From Candidatus Eiseniibacteriota bacterium (GTDB lineage Bacteria > Eisenbacteria > RBG-16-71-46), in NCBI GenBank assembly GCA_031370785.1, contig JANMQY010000060.1:32001-96000 (forward strand): a DNA stretch of 64,000 bases. The letters run 5' to 3'. Each line of letters begins with the position of its first letter. Position 1 is the first letter of the stretch. Under the pieces are notes generated by a model that worked only from the letters and a program-made list of their open reading frames with translations, did not search any database and was not told where the DNA came from. The translations under genes and the position numbers were made by a program. Positions 17,681 to 29,249 of the stretch are shown in pieces.

Positions 17681-18976
17681 TCAATCAGGAGTCGGGCCGC
17701 CCGCGAGCCGGGCAGCGACCTCTTCGCTCGGCGCGGGCGCGTACTCGCCTTCGGGAAGCTTGCGGAACGAGAGATAGAACGTGACCGCCGCGCAGAAGTA
17801 GAGACCGGCGGTGATGTAGAAGGGGACTGCATATCCAAAGCGCTGGATCACCAGGCCCGCCAGCGTCGCGCTCGCGGCCCATCCGATGTTCCACACCAGG
17901 TTGTTCAGGCTGGTCGAGCGCGCCCTGAGCGAAGGAGGCAGAGCCTCCATCACGAACGCCTGCACCAGCGGCGTCGAGGCCTGCATCAGCGAGGCGCGGC
18001 ACCAGAACGAGACCACGGCGATTCCGAGATGGCGCTCGGCTCCGAGCGTGACCAGAAATGGCAGCGACAGGAGCTCACTGGCGGTCGCGGTGCGCAGCTT
18101 GCCGTAGCGTCGCGCGATCGCAGGCCCGAGCAGTGCGGCGACCGCGGTGCAGATCTGGGCGATCGAGAAGAACATCCCGATCTGGGCGCTCGAACACTGA
18201 AAGCGCGTGGCGAAGTATAGATTCATGAACGGAATCACGAGCCCGGCGCCGATCCCGATCAGAAACGCATTCAGTGCGATCGGGTACAGACGCCACGTTT
18301 CCTCTGGCGCAGAGTCCGTGCGCACATGCTCGATCGGGGCCTCGACCACGTGCCGCAGGCGAAGCAGCGGAACCACCGAGGCCAGTGCGATCAGCGCACC
18401 GAAGGTGAGCGTCAGTCGGTAGGCGACGATCACGGTCGGCTGCGTTCCCGTGGGCAGCGCGCGGAAAGCCTCGGGCAGCCAGCCGCCGACGAGGCTGCCC
18501 ACCACGCCGGCGAGCAGCTCGGAGGCGAAGAACGCGCTGAACAGGTGCGTACGCTCGCGGGGCGTCGAGTGCTCGGTCAAGAATGGCGCAGCGGCGATGG
18601 CGAGCAGCGACTGGCCCGCCCCGGCAATGAAGCTCGAGCCGTAGATCACTGCCGGCACCATCACGGTCGCGCGCAGCAGCAGGCTCACACCCTCGAGCAC
18701 TCCGCCGAGGATCAGGCAGCGACGGCGTCCCCAGCGATCGGCCAGCCACCCGGCCGGAAGCGCGGTGACGGCGAGCCCCACGCCGCCGAGCGAGATGGCG
18801 CGGCCGATGAACGCCTCGTTGTAGCCGCCCTCGACCAGGTACAGGTTGAACAGCACCTGAAAGACGCCCTGGCCGGTCCACGCCAGCAGCACGGCGAGCA
18901 GGAACTGTCGCGCCGGCGGAGAAAAGCTGCGCGCGGCGTCACGGTAGTCTCTCCATACCGCTCGTATCGGGCTCAC
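17681..18976 (-). CDS. MFS transporter
   Basis: About 12 TM segments; motif A GWLADRWGRRR. Confidence 0.9.
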   Translation of the reverse strand: MSPIRAVWRDYRDAARSFSPPARQFLLAVLLAWTGQGVFQVLFNLYLVEGGYNEAFIGRAISLGGVGLAVTALPAGWLADRWGRRRCLILGGVLEGVSLLLRATVMVPAVIYGSSFIAGAGQSLLAIAAAPFLTEHSTPRERTHLFSAFFASELLAGVVGSLVGGWLPEAFRALPTGTQPTVIVAYRLTLTFGALIALASVVPLLRLRHVVEAPIEHVRTDSAPEETWRLYPIALNAFLIGIGAGLVIPFMNLYFATRFQCSSAQIGMFFSIAQICTAVAALLGPAIARRYGKLRTATASELLSLPFLVTLGAERHLGIAVVSFWCRASLMQASTPLVQAFVMEALPPSLRARSTSLNNLVWNIGWAASATLAGLVIQRFGYAVPFYITAGLYFCAAVTFYLSFRKLPEGEYAPAPSEEVAARLAGGPTPD

Positions 18977-18989
18977 GGCGCTCTCATGC

Positions 18990-19017
18990 GAACGGCGGCC
19001 CGTGAAGGCCGCCGTTC
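18990..19017. terminator. 11-bp GC stem-loop between the XRE gene and the MFS gene
   Basis: GAACGGCGGCC-cgtgaa-GGCCGCCGTTC; no U-tract, so it may be a processing or stability hairpin. Confidence 0.4.
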
Positions 19018-19041
19018 AGGCTCACAGGAGGATGCGGGTGA

Positions 19042-19650
19042 TCAGCCGGCGTTGCTGCCCACCGGCAGAGCTTCTGGCTCGAGGCGTGTCTCGCGTACGC
19101 GGATCAGCGGCTCGAACGCGGCGGGCGTGATCGCGATGAGCACTCGCGCCGTGCCCGTGCCCGCGTTTTCGACCGCGTGCGGCGTGCGTCCGTCGTAGTG
19201 GCACGAGTCACCGGCCTCGAGCACCGTCGCGTAGTCGCCACAGCTGATGCTGACGCGGCCCTCGAGACACACCACGCACTCCTCGCCGTGATGGTAGTGG
19301 CGCTTGTCGCCGGCGGAAAGTCCGGGCGGAAGCTCGGCCATGAGCAGCTCGAGATTGCGCTTGGGCTGTGCTGAGAGCACTTCGACCCGCGAGGTATTGC
19401 CGCCGACCTGAACGCGCGGCCGCTCGGCGACGCGCACCACGTGCGGCTGCTGCTCCTCCTCGACCACGAGGTAGGCGACCGAGGTTTCGAGCGCGCGCGC
19501 CAGATCACGGAGCGTGGCCAGGGAGGGTGAGGTGCGGTCGTTCTCGACCTGGCTGATGAATCCCTTGGAGAGGTTGCTGGCCTCGGCAAGCTGCTGAACG
19601 GTGAGGCCACGCCGCAGCCGCACATCGCGGATCTTCTTGCCGAGCTGCAT
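19042..19650 (-). CDS. XRE-family transcriptional regulator with C-terminal cupin domain
   Basis: HTH LTVQQLAEASNLSKGFISQVENDRTSPSL; cupin HYHHGEEC...GDSCHY...PH. Confidence 0.92.
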   Translation of the reverse strand: MQLGKKIRDVRLRRGLTVQQLAEASNLSKGFISQVENDRTSPSLATLRDLARALETSVAYLVVEEEQQPHVVRVAERPRVQVGGNTSRVEVLSAQPKRNLELLMAELPPGLSAGDKRHYHHGEECVVCLEGRVSISCGDYATVLEAGDSCHYDGRTPHAVENAGTGTARVLIAITPAAFEPLIRVRETRLEPEALPVGSNAG

Positions 19651-19688
19651 CAGCCACCCCACGAGGGTTTAGGTGGGCAAATTTTCGT

Positions 19689-19723
19689 TTACCAAGGCTA
19701 TGTCAGGTTTATTGGTAAGTCAA
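19689..19723 (-). promoter_or_regulatory. sigma70 promoter with overlapping inverted repeat (candidate autoregulatory operator)
   Basis: Minus strand TTGACT(19723-19718)-N17-TAGCCT(19700-19695); TTACCAA-N16-TTGGTAA at 19689-19718. Confidence 0.6.
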
Positions 19724-21643
19724 CAACTGAGGCGCTGCTGACGCTCAAATCGTCGTCCTGCGCGACCGCCCGGTCGGACCTGGTGGAACGCGCCCCGAGG
19801 AACTGGAGCTGATAGAGACGTGAGTAGATTCCGCCCCGCGCCAGCAGCTCGGCGTGCGTGCCGACCTCGCGAACCCGCCCGCGGTGCAGCACCACGATGC
19901 GGTTGACGTCCTGAATCGTGGACAACCGATGCGCGATCACGAGGCAGGTGCGGCCGCGCATCAGCCGGCGCAGCGCGTCCTGGATCAACTGCTCGGTGTG
20001 GGTGTCGACCGACGAGGTCGCTTCGTCCAGAATGAGCAGGCGCGGGTCGCGGACCAGGGTGCGGGCGAAGGCCAACAGCTGCTTCTGCCCGGCCGAGAGC
20101 GTCGCGCCGCGCTCCCGCACCACCGCGTCGTATCCGCCGGGCAGAGCCATGATGAACTCGTGCGCGTGCACTTCGCGGGCGGCGCGCTCAATCGCCTCGC
20201 GGCTCAGCGAGCGGTCGCCGAGCCGCAGGTTGCTCTCGATCGTGCCGCTGAACAGGAACACGTCCTGCAGCACCAGCCCGATGTGACGGCGCAGGGTGCG
20301 CGCATCCCAGCTCTCGAGCGGATGGCCGTCGACGCGGATCGAGCCTTCCTGCGGCGCGTAGAAGCGCATCAGCAGGCTCGTGAGTGTGGTCTTTCCGGAT
20401 CCGGTCGCGCCGACCAGCGCGACACGCTCGCCCGGCTGGATGACCAGCGAGACGTCTTCGAGCACGCGATTCTCCCCGTCGTAGGAGAAGGAGACGCGGT
20501 CGTACTCGATGTGGCCGGAGAACGCGGAGTCGCCCGCGCCGTCTGCCGCGGGCTCGGACTGTCGGCCGACGTGCCGGCCGACCAATACGGGGCGGGCCTC
20601 CAGCGCAGGCCCATTTCGCATGCCGGAGTGTGCGGCTCCCGGGGCGAGCGCCGGGTCCTCGGGCGCGTCGAGAAGTTGGAAGATGCGCTCGGCCGAGGCC
20701 ATGGCCTGCTGAAGGATGTTGTACTTCTCGCTCAGGTCCGAGATCGGACGGAAGAAGCGCTGGGTATACTGGATGAACGCGACCAGAGTCCCCAGGGTGA
20801 TGCCGGTCCACATCACCTGGCGGCCGCCGTACCAGACGATCAGCGAGACCGCGAGCGCGCCCACCAGTTCGAGCACCGGAAAGAACACCGCGTGGTAGAA
20901 CACGGCCCTCAGGTTGGCGTCGCGGTGCCCGGCATTCACCTCGCGGAACTGTTCGTAGTTGCGAGGCTCGCGGTTGAGCATCTGCACCGTGCTCATGCCG
21001 GTGAGGTTCTCATTGAGGAACGCGTTGAGCCGGGCCAGGCGCGTGCGGATGTCGCGGAACGAGGCGCGCACCCTGGAGCGGAACACGATGGTCACGATCG
21101 CGATCAGCGGCAGGACCGAGAAGGTCACGACCAGGAGCTCGACGTTGAGCTGCGACATCGCGAATATGATCCCGATCAGCGCGAACAGGTCGCCGAACAG
21201 CGCGACCACGCCCGCGGTGACCAGCTCGTTCAGGACATCGACGTCGTTGGTGACGCGCGTCATCAGCCGTCCGATCGGGTTGCGATCGTAGTAGGAGATC
21301 GGCAGGCGCTGCAGCTTGGCGAAGAGCGCGGTGCGCAGGTCGAGCATCACCTGCTGGCCGACGCGCTGCATGAGCTGGTTGTGCAGATAGCCCAGCCCGA
21401 ACCCGATCCCGAGCACGGCCAGAAACAGGAGCGCGACGTTGTCGAGGAACATGAGATCCCGGTGGCGGATCCCGTTGTCGATCGCCTCCTTGGTCAACCA
21501 CGGAAAGACCAGCTGCACCAGCGCATCCGCGATCACGACCAGCCCGGCGAACAGCACGCGCCCGCGATAGGGCGCGAGGTATCCGAGCAGGCGCCGCATC
21601 AGGCGCTGGTCGTAGGCGCGTCCCAACACCTCGTCTTCGTGGC

Positions 21644-21647
<4 letters not shown>
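19698..21647 (-). CDS. Heterodimeric ABC exporter, TMD-NBD subunit B
   Basis: GATGSGKT, LSAGQ, LILDEATSS, IAHRLST; GTG start overlaps the stop of the partner gene. Confidence 0.92.
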
Positions 21648-23392
<1,745 letters not shown>

Positions 23393-23442
23393 AGGAGATG
23401 CCTCCGGACCCGGAAGTCGCGGACGGCCGGATCCCGCGCGCC

Positions 23443-24339
23443 TCAGGGCTTGCGCGTTCCGCCGAGGAAGCCTTGCAGGCGGTTCAGCCGGGTCTGCTTG
23501 ACCGCCACGCCCACGTAGACCTGATCAACGTGCAGCGCGTTCCTTGATTTGGCGGTGTGCAGCGATCCGCCGATCAGGTCGAGGTGGTCGCCCACACGAT
23601 ACACCAGCATGGGCCCGGACAGTTGAGTCGTGATCTGGGCGTTGGTCGTCCCCGGGATGCCGTCGCCGGACAGTGCGATGAACGTGTCCTTGTCGCCGGG
23701 CTTCGCTCCGAAGGAGCCTCGATAGCGACCGGCGACGAGCAGCTTCTGCCCCAGCCAGAAGCCCAGCGTCACCCCTGCGAGGGTCTGGTCGGTCGGCGCA
23801 TGCTTGTCCAGGTAGTAGCGGTAGCCGCCCGACAGCTCGAAGAATCCCCGTCCGCCGAGCGCAGTCCCCAGCTCGAGCGAACCCAAGAAGCTCTGGCGAC
23901 CTTCGCCCAGGTGCGGGTTCAGCGCGCGGTCGTAGCCCATCGGCGCGAGCCACTGCACTTCGAGCGCGGCGTTCGGGACCAGACGCCTGCGCACCCCGAA
24001 GCGCAGGTCGCCGAATCCGGTCTCGGTCGCGTTGAACCCCCCGGCCGCGCCCGTCCGCCGGCTGACGCTCAGCGCCGGGATCTCGAGAAACGCCGACATG
24101 TTCTTCTTCCAGCCGAACTCGTTGTAAGAGACGATTCCGCGCTCTTCGTGCAATCCGCCTGAGTTGAGCGGGCTGCGGACTCCGGTCAGATCGTAGTAGC
24201 TGTCGGCGGAGAAGACGCTCGCGCGCAGCTCGTAGTGGCGGTCGCCGGGCTCCGGAAGCCAGGGATCGGCGAGCGCCGGGCCCGAAGCGAGGAGCACGGC
24301 GGTGAAGAGCAGCGAAGATGCGGCAGAGCGCGCGATCAT
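23443..24339 (-). CDS. Exported protein, probable outer-membrane beta-barrel
   Basis: Signal peptide ending ALA; alternating beta-strand pattern; TGFGDLRFGVR; upstream TTGCAC-N17-TAGTCT (24415-24387). Confidence 0.6.
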   Translation of the reverse strand: MIARSAASSLLFTAVLLASGPALADPWLPEPGDRHYELRASVFSADSYYDLTGVRSPLNSGGLHEERGIVSYNEFGWKKNMSAFLEIPALSVSRRTGAAGGFNATETGFGDLRFGVRRRLVPNAALEVQWLAPMGYDRALNPHLGEGRQSFLGSLELGTALGGRGFFELSGGYRYYLDKHAPTDQTLAGVTLGFWLGQKLLVAGRYRGSFGAKPGDKDTFIALSGDGIPGTTNAQITTQLSGPMLVYRVGDHLDLIGGSLHTAKSRNALHVDQVYVGVAVKQTRLNRLQGFLGGTRKP

Positions 24340-24461
24340 GTGGGGAAGCGGACCTCCGGTGGGGTGTGCGGTCAGCGAGTCCGCGGAGACTATCCGCGTG
24401 TCGCGATGCGTGCAAGCGTTTCGTTCGCGCCGCGCGTGGCGCTGTGGCACCATGCGCCGTC

Positions 24462-25472
24462 GTGGAAACCCTGTGCGTGCTTGTGTTCATCCGCGATCCC
24501 GAAGGTGTGTGGACGCTCCCGCATTCGGCGCTCGCCGCGCTCGAGCGCGAATTCCCGGCGGTCCGATTCATCGCGCCCGCGGATCGCGCGGAAGCCGATG
24601 CGCGCCTTCCCGAAGCCGACGTCGTGCTCGGCTGGGCGGTGACGCCGCGCAATTTCGCCACCGCGAAGCGCCTGCGCTGGATCCACGTCACCGCCGCGGG
24701 CGTCGGCGCCCAGCTCTTCCCGGAGCTCGCGGCCTCCGACGTCGCGCTCACCAACGGCCGCGGCCTGCACTCCGCCTCGATGGCCGAGCACACGCTCGGC
24801 GTGATGCTCGCGTTCGCGCGCAAGCTTCATCTCGCGCGCGATGCGCAGGGCGAGCGGCGCTGGACGCAGCGCGAGCTCTGGACCGGGCAGCCACCGTTCG
24901 CTGCGCTCGCGGGCGCGACGCTCGGGCTGGTCGGCCTGGGCCGGGTGGGCGAAGCAGTCGCCGCCGGTGCCCGCGCGCTGGGCATGCGAGTGCTCGCGGT
25001 GCGCCGCCGTCCGGCGCGCGGGAACACGCCCGCCGCCGCGGCTTCTTCGGCGCACGAGCAGTGGGGGCTCGAGCGCCTGGCGGATCTGCTCGAGGCCTCG
25101 GACTGGGTCGTGCTCGCCGCGCCGCTCACCGCCGACACCCGGCACCTGATCGGGGCGGCACAGCTCGCGCAGATGAAGCGCGAGGCGGTGCTCATCAATC
25201 TCGGGCGCGGCGCGCTCATCGACGAGCGTGCGCTGATCGCGGCGCTGGCCGAGGGTCGCATCGCCGGCGCGGGCCTCGACGTCTTCGAAGAGGAGCCACT
25301 GCCCCAGGGCAGTCCGCTGTGGAGCATGCCGCAGGTCATCGTCACGCCGCACATCTCGGGACTGGGCCCTCGCTACTGGGAGCGCGCGATGGAACAGTTC
25401 TCTGCGCACCTGCGAGCGTTTCTCGAGAAGCGCGCGCTCGAAAACCTGGTGGACAAGAGGGCGGGGTACTGA
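24462..25472 (+). CDS. D-2-hydroxyacid dehydrogenase
   Basis: GLVGLGRVG, INLGRG, AGLDVFEEEPL, TPHISG. Confidence 0.9.
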   Translation: METLCVLVFIRDPEGVWTLPHSALAALEREFPAVRFIAPADRAEADARLPEADVVLGWAVTPRNFATAKRLRWIHVTAAGVGAQLFPELAASDVALTNGRGLHSASMAEHTLGVMLAFARKLHLARDAQGERRWTQRELWTGQPPFAALAGATLGLVGLGRVGEAVAAGARALGMRVLAVRRRPARGNTPAAAASSAHEQWGLERLADLLEASDWVVLAAPLTADTRHLIGAAQLAQMKREAVLINLGRGALIDERALIAALAEGRIAGAGLDVFEEEPLPQGSPLWSMPQVIVTPHISGLGPRYWERAMEQFSAHLRAFLEKRALENLVDKRAGY

Positions 25473-26083
25473 TGCGCGTCCCTCTGGGCGTGATCGTCGC
25501 CGGCGGCCGTGGCGTGCGACTTGGCTCGGGCCCCAAGGCTCTTGTCGTTCTCGAGGGACGCACCCTCCTCGATCGAGCGATCGAGACGCTGTCCCGATGT
25601 TGCGAGGAGTGGGTCGTTGCGACGGCGCCCGACATCGAGCTGCCAGTGGACGGCGCGCGGCTCGTCCACGACGCGCCCGGAAGCGGGGGCCCGCTCGCCG
25701 GCGTCGCGGCCGCGCTCTCAGCGCGCGAGCCGACCGACACTCTGGTGCTGGGCGTGGACTTCCCGCTCGCCCGGCCGCAGGCCCTTGCCGCGCTGGCGGC
25801 ACGGCGCGGGAATTCTCCGGCGGTGCTGCCGGCTCCCGGGGGTTCGCCGCAACCGCTCGCGGCGGTCTACGGCACCGCGGCGTGCGCGGCGCTGAGGTGC
25901 GCGCTTGCGGAGGGCGAGACGTCGATCCGGCGCGCGGCGCTCGCGCTGGGGCCCCTGATCCTCGATGACGTCGCGCTCGCCGCACTCGAAGGCGGCTCCG
26001 AGAATTTCTTCAACGTGAACACTTCCGAAGATCTCGCCGAGGCGGCGCGCATGCTCGCGGCCCGAGCCGGAGCCCCGCGATGA
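25472..26083 (+). CDS. mobA: Molybdenum cofactor guanylyltransferase
   Basis: AGGRGVRLGSGPKA, GPLAGV, VDFP, QPLAAVY, FFNVNTSEDL. Confidence 0.85.
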   Translation: MRVPLGVIVAGGRGVRLGSGPKALVVLEGRTLLDRAIETLSRCCEEWVVATAPDIELPVDGARLVHDAPGSGGPLAGVAAALSAREPTDTLVLGVDFPLARPQALAALAARRGNSPAVLPAPGGSPQPLAAVYGTAACAALRCALAEGETSIRRAALALGPLILDDVALAALEGGSENFFNVNTSEDLAEAARMLAARAGAPR

Positions 26084-27381
26084 GTCCCGGCGATCGAATC
26101 CGCCCGGCGAGCGATCCCAGGCTCGCGAATTCCGAGCGCTCGGGCGGCGTCCCGCTCACCAGCGTGCTGCCCGCGCTGCGCTCGCTCGAGCCGCAGGCGC
26201 GGGCGTGCTGGGTCTACGACATCGATGCGTTCGTCGCGCGCGCGCGGCGCTTCCGCGCGGCGTTCGCGCCACTCGCTCCGCTGATCGCCTACGCGATCAA
26301 GGCGAACGGTCTGCCGGCGCTGCTCGAAGAAGCGCTTCGCGCGGGGCTCGGCGCCGACGCCGGCTCGCTCGGCGAGCTCGAGCTTGCCGCTCGGGCGGGG
26401 TTCGCGCCCGCCGGGCGCGCGCTCAACGGCAATGGGCGGACGGCCGAGGAAGCGGCATGGGTCGCGCGTCACGGGGTGGCGCTGGTCAACGCCGATCACG
26501 TGCCCGAGCTCGACCTGCTGGAGCGCGAAAGCGCGGCGGCGGGGGTGCGGCTGCGCGTGGCGCTCAGGGTCAATCCCGGGATCGCGACGCCGGGACATCG
26601 CTACGTCTCGACCGGCGGCGACGAGGCGAAGTTCGGGATCGGCCCGGGCGAGGCGCTCGAAGCGTGGGCGGCGCGCGCACGCTGGCCCCATCTCACGCTC
26701 GACGGCGTGCAGGTGCACGTCGGCTCACAGCTGATGGAAGCGGGGCCGCTCGAGCGCGCGCTCGATACCGTGCTCGAGCTGATGAAGGAGAGCGCGCAGC
26801 GCGGCGCGCCACTTCGGCTCGTCAACCTGGGCGGCGGCTTCGGGGTGAACTATTCGGGCACCGGCGGCGAGTTCCCGCTCGAGGAGCACGCACGATCCGT
26901 CGTCGAGCGCGCCACGCCCCTCGCGCTCGAATGGGTGCTGGAGCCAGGGCGATGGCTGGTCGCTCCGATCGGGACACTGCTCGCCGAGGTGCTGTGGGAG
27001 AAGCGACGCGACGGCCGGCGCTTCGTGGTGCTCGCGGCAGGAATGAACGATCTGATCCGGCCGGCGCTCTACGGGGCCGAGCATCGGATCGAAGCGCTCG
27101 TGCCGCGCGGGGGCGCGCTCACGCCCGCCACCGTCGTCGGGCCGGTCTGCGAGAGCGCGGATGTGTTCGCGAGGGAGGTGGCACTGCCGCCGCTCGAGCC
27201 CGGAGACGTGGTCGCGATCCGCGACGTGGGAGCGTATGGCGCGAGCATGTCCTCGAACTACAACGGTCGGGGCCGACTCGCGGAGCTGGTCGCGGCCGGC
27301 GGCGCGCTCACGCGCGCCCGTGCAGGCGAAACGCCGGCAGACCTTTCGGCCCGCCGGCGTTCGGACGATCTCTCGTGGTGA
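26080..27381 (+). CDS. lysA: Diaminopimelate decarboxylase
   Basis: YAIKAN, LRVNP, KFG, HVGSQ, NLGGG, EPGR, IRPALYG, GPVCESAD, GAYGASMSSNYN. Confidence 0.9.
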   Translation: MSPGDRIRPASDPRLANSERSGGVPLTSVLPALRSLEPQARACWVYDIDAFVARARRFRAAFAPLAPLIAYAIKANGLPALLEEALRAGLGADAGSLGELELAARAGFAPAGRALNGNGRTAEEAAWVARHGVALVNADHVPELDLLERESAAAGVRLRVALRVNPGIATPGHRYVSTGGDEAKFGIGPGEALEAWAARARWPHLTLDGVQVHVGSQLMEAGPLERALDTVLELMKESAQRGAPLRLVNLGGGFGVNYSGTGGEFPLEEHARSVVERATPLALEWVLEPGRWLVAPIGTLLAEVLWEKRRDGRRFVVLAAGMNDLIRPALYGAEHRIEALVPRGGALTPATVVGPVCESADVFAREVALPPLEPGDVVAIRDVGAYGASMSSNYNGRGRLAELVAAGGALTRARAGETPADLSARRRSDDLSW

Positions 27382-27391
27382 TCGAGTTCTT

Positions 27392-28039
27392 CTAGAGCGC
27401 GAGGCGCGGGCGCACCGCGACCAGCAGCACCGCAGGATTGGACGCGAGATTCAGGTACGAATGCGAGCGATGCGCGCGGAAGTGCACCGAGTCGCCCTCG
27501 CGCAGCACGTAGGACTTGCCGTCGACACGGATCTCGGCGACGCCGGACAGCACGGTCGCCCACTCCTCGCCCTCGTGATGATGGGTGAGCGCCGGTTCGC
27601 GCCGGATGGGCAGCGTCATGATCTGCGCCCCGATCGCTCCGCACTGCACCGGTTCGGTCACCGACTCGAGCAGCGCCGCGCCCCACTGCACGCGCCGATC
27701 CTGCCGCTCGTCGGCGCGCATCACCGAAACCTCGGGCAGCACACGCGGCTCGACCAGCGTCGCCGGGCGCATGTCGAGCGCGCGCGCGATGCGGCCGAGC
27801 GCGCCCACCGTCGGTGATGCCTTTCCGCGCTCGATCTCGGAGACGTGCGTGGCCGAGATGCCGCCACGCTCCTCGAGGTCCTTAAGCGTGAGCCCGCGGG
27901 AGACGCGCAGCAGCTTGATACGGCGGCCCAGCTCGCTCGGCGAGGGATCGCGCGGGCGCAGCCCGGCACTGGACTCGCGAGGCATCGTGTTTTCGTTGAG
28001 GCTGCTGGATTCGGTCGGCTCGATGGGGGGGGTGCGCAT
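27392..28039 (-). CDS. XRE-family regulator with intact cupin domain (alternative start 27985)
   Basis: HTH ISATHVSEIERGKASPTVGAL; cupin HHHEGEEW...GDSVHF...HSY. Confidence 0.88.
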   Translation of the reverse strand: MRTPPIEPTESSSLNENTMPRESSAGLRPRDPSPSELGRRIKLLRVSRGLTLKDLEERGGISATHVSEIERGKASPTVGALGRIARALDMRPATLVEPRVLPEVSVMRADERQDRRVQWGAALLESVTEPVQCGAIGAQIMTLPIRREPALTHHHEGEEWATVLSGVAEIRVDGKSYVLREGDSVHFRAHRSHSYLNLASNPAVLLVAVRPRLAL

Positions 28040-28041
28040 GG

Positions 28042-28623
28042 TCAGGCGGGCTCCTCGAGCGAGCGGGTAAGTACGGCAATGATCTCGGCGGCATCGCCCT
28101 GCGCGGCGCGCAGTCGGTGCGGGAGCGTGAGCGATGCCTGCACCGCGTCACCCTCGCCGAGCGTCACACGAAGATCTCCGAACTGGGTTTCGACCCGGCC
28201 ACGCCGCACCAGGTAGAGGGCGTCGCCGTCCACCTGCTGCGCCTTGAGATTGAGTTCCGGCGCCGAAGCCGAGGCGGCGAACGTCAGGCGATAGGGAAAC
28301 ATCCTGCTCCCCGGGATGCCTGGCGTCAGCGCTTCGGCGGTGATGCCCTCAGCGGGAGTCAGCATGTGCGCCTTCTCGCGCGTGACGTATGCGGTCTCGG
28401 CGCGCTCGTCGCGCTCGATGAAATAGGAAGCGTCCTTCTCGAGCGCGCGTGCGATGCGCACCAGCGCGCCGATTGTGGGAGAGGTGCGACCACGCTCGAT
28501 CTCGGAAAGGTGGGTGGCCGAGAGGCCCGAGGCCTGCTCGACCTGCTTCAACGTCATGCGGCGCTCCAGACGGAGCTTCCGGATGCGCCTGCCCAGTTCA
28601 TCAATCTCGACGATGGAAGTCAT
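28042..28623 (-). CDS. XRE-family regulator with degenerate cupin domain
   Basis: HTH LSATHLSEIERGRTSPTIGAL; the cupin lacks the HxGxE motif (QQVDGDALY). Confidence 0.88.
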   Translation of the reverse strand: MTSIVEIDELGRRIRKLRLERRMTLKQVEQASGLSATHLSEIERGRTSPTIGALVRIARALEKDASYFIERDERAETAYVTREKAHMLTPAEGITAEALTPGIPGSRMFPYRLTFAASASAPELNLKAQQVDGDALYLVRRGRVETQFGDLRVTLGEGDAVQASLTLPHRLRAAQGDAAEIIAVLTRSLEEPA

Positions 28624-29249
28624 GGGTTTGCGTTCCCTCGGTGCCGCGCTGCCTGCGCCCGGTGGCGCAGGCCGGAAGGGGCCTTGTAGTGAAACGGACT
28701 ACGCACGTGCCGTTTCGATATAGGGGGCTGCGGATCTCGGACGAAGGATACCTATCGCGCACACTCGTCTGACCCGCACCAGTTGCTGGCACCCATGATT
28801 CAATTGCCTGTTGCACCCGAGGGGGGACACGGGTGCGAGCGGATTCCCCCGTGAAAGGGGAACGGCCGCGCGAGAAATGTCACGGCTGATGATGACACAT
28901 CCCTGAAATCATGGTCAAGGACGATAGCCCTGCACCTCATCCGCCGGCGCCTTCCGGTCTAGCGATCGCGAGGCGGGTTTGGAAGAGGTGCGATCGCGGC
29001 GGCGTTGGGCGCAGGCGTTGTGGGTCGTGCGTGTCGTGCTCGTGACACGGAGGCGAGGTCTGGCGCGCCATTGCCCCCGATTCGTCGCGACGTTCCGCAG
29101 CCTTGACACCTCGGCCCGCCGAGCGCGAAACTGCGCCTCGAAACCCACGCTTTGCATCTGCAAGAACGTCGGTTGCGCGCCACTTTGTGAAAGTTGGCGC
29201 AAGACCGATGCGCGCTCGAGCCGAAACGCCTCCACCTTAAGGGGACTTC

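Noticed and set aside
29061..29074. TGGCGCGCCATTGC as a sigma54 promoter
   Set aside because: GG-to-GC spacing is 9 nt instead of the required 10.
28700..29240. Possible tmRNA, RNase P, SRP or riboswitch (GGGGGCTG..., ...CGCCTCCACC, GTGCAACAG, CAGGCCGGAAGG, CTTCCGGTCTAG)
   Set aside because: Only isolated fragments match. T-arm, spacing and other conserved motifs are absent, so no named RNA is called.
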